A program made the translations under genes and the position numbers. The notes under the pieces were generated by a model. That model was not told where the DNA came from, searched no databases, and saw only the letters and a list, made by a program, of their open reading frames with translations. Positions 61,432 to 64,000 of a stretch of 64,000 nucleotides of DNA are shown here, one piece after another (positions within the stretch are counted from its first letter, which is position 1; each line of letters begins with the position of its first letter). This DNA comes from Dendrobates tinctorius (taxonomy: Eukaryota), in assembly GCF_039654945.1 (NCBI RefSeq), contig NW_027361937.1, forward strand, positions 9,610,001 through 9,674,000, read 5' to 3'.

Positions 61432-64000
61432 GGTTTCCACTGTTTAGGCACATCAGGGGCTCTCCAAACGCGACATGGAGCCACCATTTATTCCAGCCAA
61501 TTTTGCGTTCAAAAAGTCAAACGGTGCTCCCTCCATTTCGAGCCCCGACGTGTGCCCAAACAGTGGTGTACCCCCACTTATGGGGTATCAGGGTACTCAG
61601 GAAAAATTGCACAACAACTTTAGGGGTCTAATTTCTCCTGTTACCCTTGGGAAAATAAAAAAATGGGGGCGAAAATAATTATTTTTGTGGAAAAAAAAGA
61701 TTTTTTATTTTCACGGTTCTGCGTTATAAACTTCTGTGAAGCACTTGGGGGTTCAACGTGCTCACCACACATCTAGATAAGTTCCTTGGGGGGTCTAGTT
61801 TCCAAAATGGGGTCACTTGTGGGGGGTTTCCACTGTTTAGGTACATCAGGGGCTCTGCAAACGTAACATGACGCCCACAGACCATTCCATCAAGTCGGCA
61901 TTTCAAAGCGTCACTACTTCCCTTCCGAGCCCCAACGTGTGCCCAAACAGTGGTCCCCCCCCATATATGGGGTACCAGCGTACTCAGGACAACCTGGACA
62001 ACAACTTTTGGGGTCCAATTTATCCTGTTACCCTTGTGAAAATAAAAAATAGTGGGCTAAAAATCACTTTTTGAGGAAAAAAAAATATTTTTTTATTTTC
62101 ACAGCTCTGCGTTATAAACTTCTGTGAAGCACTTGGGGGTTCAAAGTGCTGACCTCACATCTAGATTAGTTCCTTAGGTGATATAGTTTCCAAAATGGGG
62201 TCACTTGTGGGGGGTTTCCACTGTTTAGGTACATCAGGGGCTCTGCAAATGTAGCATGACGCCCACAGACCATTCCATCAAGTCTTCATTTCAAAGCGTC
62301 ACTACTTCCCTTCCGAGCCCCAACGTGTGCCCAAACAGTGGTCCCCCCCCACTTATGGGGTACCAGCGTACTCAGGACACACTGGACAACAACTTTTGGG
62401 GTCCAATTTATCCTGTTACCCTTGTGAAAATAAAAAATAGTGGACTAAAAATAATTTTTTGAGGAAAAAAAAATATTTTTTTATTTTCACGGCTCTGCGT
62501 TATAAACTTCTTTGAAGCACTTGGGGGTTCAACGTGCTCACCACACATCTATATTAGTTTCTTGGGTGATCTAGTTTCCAAAATGGGGTCATTTGTGGGG
62601 GGTTTCCACTGTTTAGGTACATCAGGGGCTCTGCAAACATAACATGACGCCCACAGACCATTCCATCAAGTCGGCATTTCAAAACGTCACTACTTCCCTT
62701 CTGAGCCCCAACGTGTGCCCAAACAGTGGTCCCCCCCACATATGTGGTACCAGCGTACTCAGGACAAGCTGGACAACAACTTTTGGGGTCCAATTTATCC
62801 TGTTACCTTTGTGAAAATAAAAAATAGCAGGCTAAAAATTTATTTTTTGAGGGAAAAAAATATTTTTATTTTAACGGCTCTGCGTTATAAACTTCTGTGT
62901 AGCACCTGGGGGTTCAAAGTGCTCACTATGCATCTAGATAAGTTCCTTAGGGGGTCTAATTTCCAATATGGGGTCATTTGTGGGGGAGCTCCAAAGTTTA
63001 CGCACACAGGGGCTCTGCAAACACAACATGGTGTCCGCTAACGATTGGAGCTAATTTTCCATTCAAAAAGTCAAATGACGCTCCTTCCCTTCTGAGTCAT
63101 GCCGTGCGCTCAAACAGTGGTTTTCCCCCACATATGGGGTACCAGTGTACTCAGGACAAACTGGACAACAACTTTTGGGGTCCAATTTATCCTGTTACCC
63201 TTGGGAAAATAAAAAATAGCGGGCTAAAAAATCATTTTTGAGGAAAAAAAATTATTTTTTTATTTTCACTGCTCTGCGTTATAAACTTCTGTGAAGCACT
63301 TGGGGGTTCAAAGTGCTCACCACACATCTAGATAAGTTCCTTCGGGGGTCTAGTTTCCAAAATGGGGTCACTTGTGGGGGAGCTCCAATGTTTAGGCACA
63401 CAGGGGCTCTCCAAATGCGACATGGTGTCCGCTAACGATTGGAGCTAATTTTCCAATCAAAAAGTCACATGGCGCTCCTTCCCTTCCGGGCCTTGCGGTG
63501 CGCCCAAACAGTGGTTTATGACCACATATGAGATATTGATGTACTCAGGAGAAATTGCCCAACAAATTTTAGGATCCATTTTATCCTGTTGCCCATGTGA
63601 AAATGAAAAAACTGAGGCCAAATAAAATTTTTGTGAAAAAAAAAAGTACTTTTTTTTTTTACAGATCAATTTGTGAAGCACCTGGGGGTTCAAAGTGCAT
63701 ACTATGCATCTAGATAAGTTCTTTGGAGGGTCTAGTTTCCAAAATGGGCTCACTTGTGGGGGAGCTCCAATGTTTAGGCACACAGGTACTCTTAAAACAA
63801 GACATGGCAACCGCTAAACATTCAAGCATATTTTACATTCAAAAAGTAAAATGGCGCTCCTTGCCTTCTGAGCCCTGCCGTGCGCCCAAATAGTGGTTTA
63901 TGACCACATATGAGGTATCAGTGTACTCAGGAGAAATTGCCCAACAAATTTTAGGATACATTTTATCCTGTTACCCATGTGAAAATGAAAAAACTGATGC
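61432..64000 (+). repeat. ~388-bp tandem satellite (>6 units)
   Basis: GCAC(T/C)TGGGGGTTCAA at 61741, 62129, 62517, 62902, 63296, 63678. Confidence 0.95.

Larger units (their letters stand above)
60250..64000 (+). mobile_element. Large non-autonomous piggyBac-type (TTAA) element with telomere-like tract and ~388-bp satellite; continues off the window
   Basis: TTAA|CCCCTTCACGACC terminus, subterminal palindromes, TTAGGG tract at 61003-61420, satellite from 61432. Confidence 0.8.

Overview
Eukaryotic, repeat-saturated vertebrate DNA, most likely an anuran (frog). This is inferred from the TE families: T2/Kolobok-type TTAA MITEs, a Tx1D-like satellite-carrying element, and Rex-Babar, CR1 and L2 LINEs. 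The only host gene I can support is the 5' part of an ARHGAP39-like RhoGAP gene on +. It has an 11-nt coding first exon (ATGGCTGATAG|gtaagt, 10756-10766), a ~34-kb intron and a 429-nt double-WW exon (44697-45125). Almost all other ORFs in the track are repeat-derived noise. The rest is transposable elements: (i) two related piggyBac-type TTAA elements at both window edges, each carrying a telomere-like (TTAGGG-variant) tract followed by a ~388-bp satellite; (ii) a 105-bp satellite with a 210-bp higher-order repeat, built from the arms of a local Harbinger MITE; (iii) a 980-bp fold-back hAT (hATm-like) element whose inverted arms contain transposase coding sequence; (iv) a Penelope-like element (GIY-YIG remnant, 14-bp TSD, 5' inversion, degenerate hammerhead ribozyme) hosting a near-intact DD34E Tc1 and an internally deleted DD36E Incomer-type element; (v) RTE-X-like, Rex-Babar, L2 and CR1 LINE remnants; (vi) more than 25 PIF/Harbinger, hAT and Kolobok MITEs. 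I found no CRISPR array, rRNA or tRNA. There is one assembly gap (37569-37713). Family assignments rest on motifs read by eye; no database search was run.
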